Positions 34,327 to 35,897 of a DNA stretch of 35,897 bases are shown here, piece after piece. Both the position numbers and the translations under genes were made by a program. The stretch's first letter is position 1. Every line of letters begins with the position of its first letter. The notes beneath the pieces were generated by a model, which saw only the letters and a list, made by a program, of their open reading frames with translations, did no database searches and had not been told where the DNA came from. The DNA comes from an uncultured Erysipelotrichaceae bacterium (GTDB lineage Bacteria > Bacillota_I > Bacilli_A > RF39 > UBA660), in assembly GCA_902782535.1 (NCBI GenBank), contig CACZNM010000069.1:1-35897 (forward strand). Reading direction: 5' to 3'.

Positions 34327-34354
34327 TTGACTTTTAATATTAGATTATTATAAA
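34327..34354 (+). promoter_or_regulatory. candidate sigmaA-type promoter in the long gatB-lipoprotein spacer
   Basis: TTGACT - 16 nt - TATAAA. It would give a leader of about 195 nt before ATG 34556. Confidence 0.45.
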
Positions 34355-34555
34355 ATAGTAATTAAAGTAGGGAAGTAGTAGCTAAATATAATAAAGAGCA
34401 TGATGATGAAAGAGTTAAATAAATTTCTTTAAAATCTTTTATATTTAATGTATAAAATACATTGGTTTATATTAATTAATGTTTTTTCGTTAACAATAGA
34501 TATATTATTTAAAGTATTCTCAAAATTTGATTTTTTTAAAGGAGTATAACGTTTT

Positions 34556-35713
34556 ATGAAAAAAAGTAAAATTAAAATAATTGTTTTAATAATTATTCTT
34601 TCGATGATTTCTATTGGCTGTATAAGTAAAGAAGAACGTGATAAAAAGAAAGATTATTTAAATAAAGCCTTTCCTATTGCACGAAAATATTTAGAAGAAA
34701 AATACGGTTTTACAATATCGAGAGAAGATATTGTAAAAGAATACGTTGATACATCACTTTCGCATCCATCTGTTCCTATTGGTTCTTACAATGGTAATGT
34801 TATATACACCATAAATAATGGTCATAAAGAATATAGAGTTAATGTTAATGTATTAAGTGAAGATACAAGTGGTTGTTACGATGATTATGAAAAGGACAAA
34901 ATTAATAATGCCTTTAAAGAATATTTAAGCAATATGTTAGAAATAGAAAATAATGATATTCAAATTTTTTATATCAAAGATATAATGTTTTATAAACATA
35001 TGCATAATAGATTTAATGATGTAGTAACGTTTTTAAAAGATTATCGAAATTTAAATGTCTACTATCCAAATTTTATTGTAGTAACACATAGTGAATTAAT
35101 TAAAGATAAAGTTAATTTTATCCATAATTCATTAAAAGAAATAGATAATATAAGTACCTTATTTATTCAAGCATCGCAAGATGCATTATTTACAGATTTT
35201 GTTGTTCAAAGACAATATGACAATATGCCATCAACAACAAGAGAATTGGAAGAATACTTTAACATAAGCGATTTATACATAGATAAATATTATGAATGTA
35301 AAACTTACCTATGCAATGAACAAATTTCAAAAAAGATTAAGCTTGATGATAATGTGTATGTTAAATACTTTCCAATATTTGAGACAGAACCAGATAATAT
35401 AAATATTAGCGAAGTAGATTCAGCAAAGCGAAGGGATTTAGAAGAACTACTATTAAAAGATGAATTTTTGTCAAAAAACGGAAATATCAATATAGTTAAT
35501 ATATATAAATTGCAGTATAAAGAAAGTAGTCAAGCACATTATTATCTTTATTATAATGACACATATAATGATATTATAGCTATTGATGGTAATAAACCAT
35601 ATCATCTTTATCCTGTATTAAAAGATGATAAGCGAGGAAAAATAAATAGAGTTAATTTATCTTTCTTAAGCAATAATGATAATCAGTATATTGCAATAAT
35701 AAGAAATACTTAA
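34556..35713 (+). CDS. putative lipoprotein of unknown function
   Basis: A signal peptide with a lipobox-like LSMISIGC is present. RBS AAAGGAG is present. 385 aa with no further motif recognised. Confidence 0.7.
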   Translation: MKKSKIKIIVLIIILSMISIGCISKEERDKKKDYLNKAFPIARKYLEEKYGFTISREDIVKEYVDTSLSHPSVPIGSYNGNVIYTINNGHKEYRVNVNVLSEDTSGCYDDYEKDKINNAFKEYLSNMLEIENNDIQIFYIKDIMFYKHMHNRFNDVVTFLKDYRNLNVYYPNFIVVTHSELIKDKVNFIHNSLKEIDNISTLFIQASQDALFTDFVVQRQYDNMPSTTRELEEYFNISDLYIDKYYECKTYLCNEQISKKIKLDDNVYVKYFPIFETEPDNINISEVDSAKRRDLEELLLKDEFLSKNGNINIVNIYKLQYKESSQAHYYLYYNDTYNDIIAIDGNKPYHLYPVLKDDKRGKINRVNLSFLSNNDNQYIAIIRNT

Positions 35714-35825
35714 TAAAAAAAATTTGAGTATTTCTTTTTATTATATTATTTTCAATTAAAATATCGTAAAAGGGATAGACAAAGTAAATTAAATAATATA
35801 AACTTAGACTTAAGGATGTGATAAT

Positions 35826-35897
35826 ATGCCAGAACTACCAGAAGTAGAAACTGTTAAAAATACTTTAAAAAGGCAAATATTAGGTAAAAAGATTAAA
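35826..35897 (+). CDS. mutM: formamidopyrimidine-DNA glycosylase (Fpg/MutM), N-terminal 24 aa; continues past the window end
   Basis: The MPELPEVETVKNTLKRQILGKKIK N-terminus (catalytic Pro2/Glu3) is typical of Fpg. RBS AAGGA lies 9 nt upstream. Confidence 0.8.
   Translation, partial: MPELPEVETVKNTLKRQILGKKIK

Noticed and set aside
1-35897. CRISPR arrays, tRNA/rRNA genes, transposases, integrases, prophage or IS termini
   Set aside because: I saw no regularly spaced direct repeats, no cloverleaf-like GC-rich islands in the intergenic regions, and no recombinase-like ORFs. The only repeated DNA elements are the two hairpins flanking the PHP gene and the short motif arrays reported above.

Overview
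This is an AT-rich chromosomal segment (roughly 28-30% GC by eye) from a low-GC Bacillota-type bacterium. It uses the standard genetic code: TGA acts as a stop at murD, murF and the PHP gene. An Erysipelotrichia- or Clostridia-like host is my unverified guess. All 36 credible genes lie on the + strand, and every minus-strand track ORF looks like an antisense artefact. The content is mainly core cell-envelope and housekeeping genes. In order they are: a remodelled dcw region (murD 3' end, DUF1653, eno, an ATP-grasp ligase, ftsA, ftsZ); a TasA-like surface protein; a DUF1292 gene with an HExxH protein; an L,D-transpeptidase; queH; a P-type ATPase; ylbD/ylbE-like genes; an alpha/beta-hydrolase-murF-ddl-orf135 operon; ltaS-orf262-GT4 glycosyltransferase; a second DUF1292 gene with a metallophosphoesterase; a PHP-domain gene; a SigG-like sigma factor; a membrane-anchored C39-like peptidase; rluB; an HMA-like protein; tig; a Big_2 surface protein; gatCAB; a lipoprotein; and the start of mutM. 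I found no rRNA, tRNA, CRISPR array, transposase, integrase or recognisable defence system. The points most worth a second look are: (1) an orphan SigG-like sigma gene whose RBS sits inside the upstream terminator hairpin, with a forespore-type promoter nested in that hairpin; (2) a near-identical hairpin copy on the other side of the PHP gene; (3) a MurF whose canonical N-terminal domain is replaced by about five transmembrane helices; (4) an ATP-grasp ligase and enolase inserted between murD and ftsA; and (5) short motif arrays in two intergenic regions. All functional calls come from motif recognition by eye, with no searches run.
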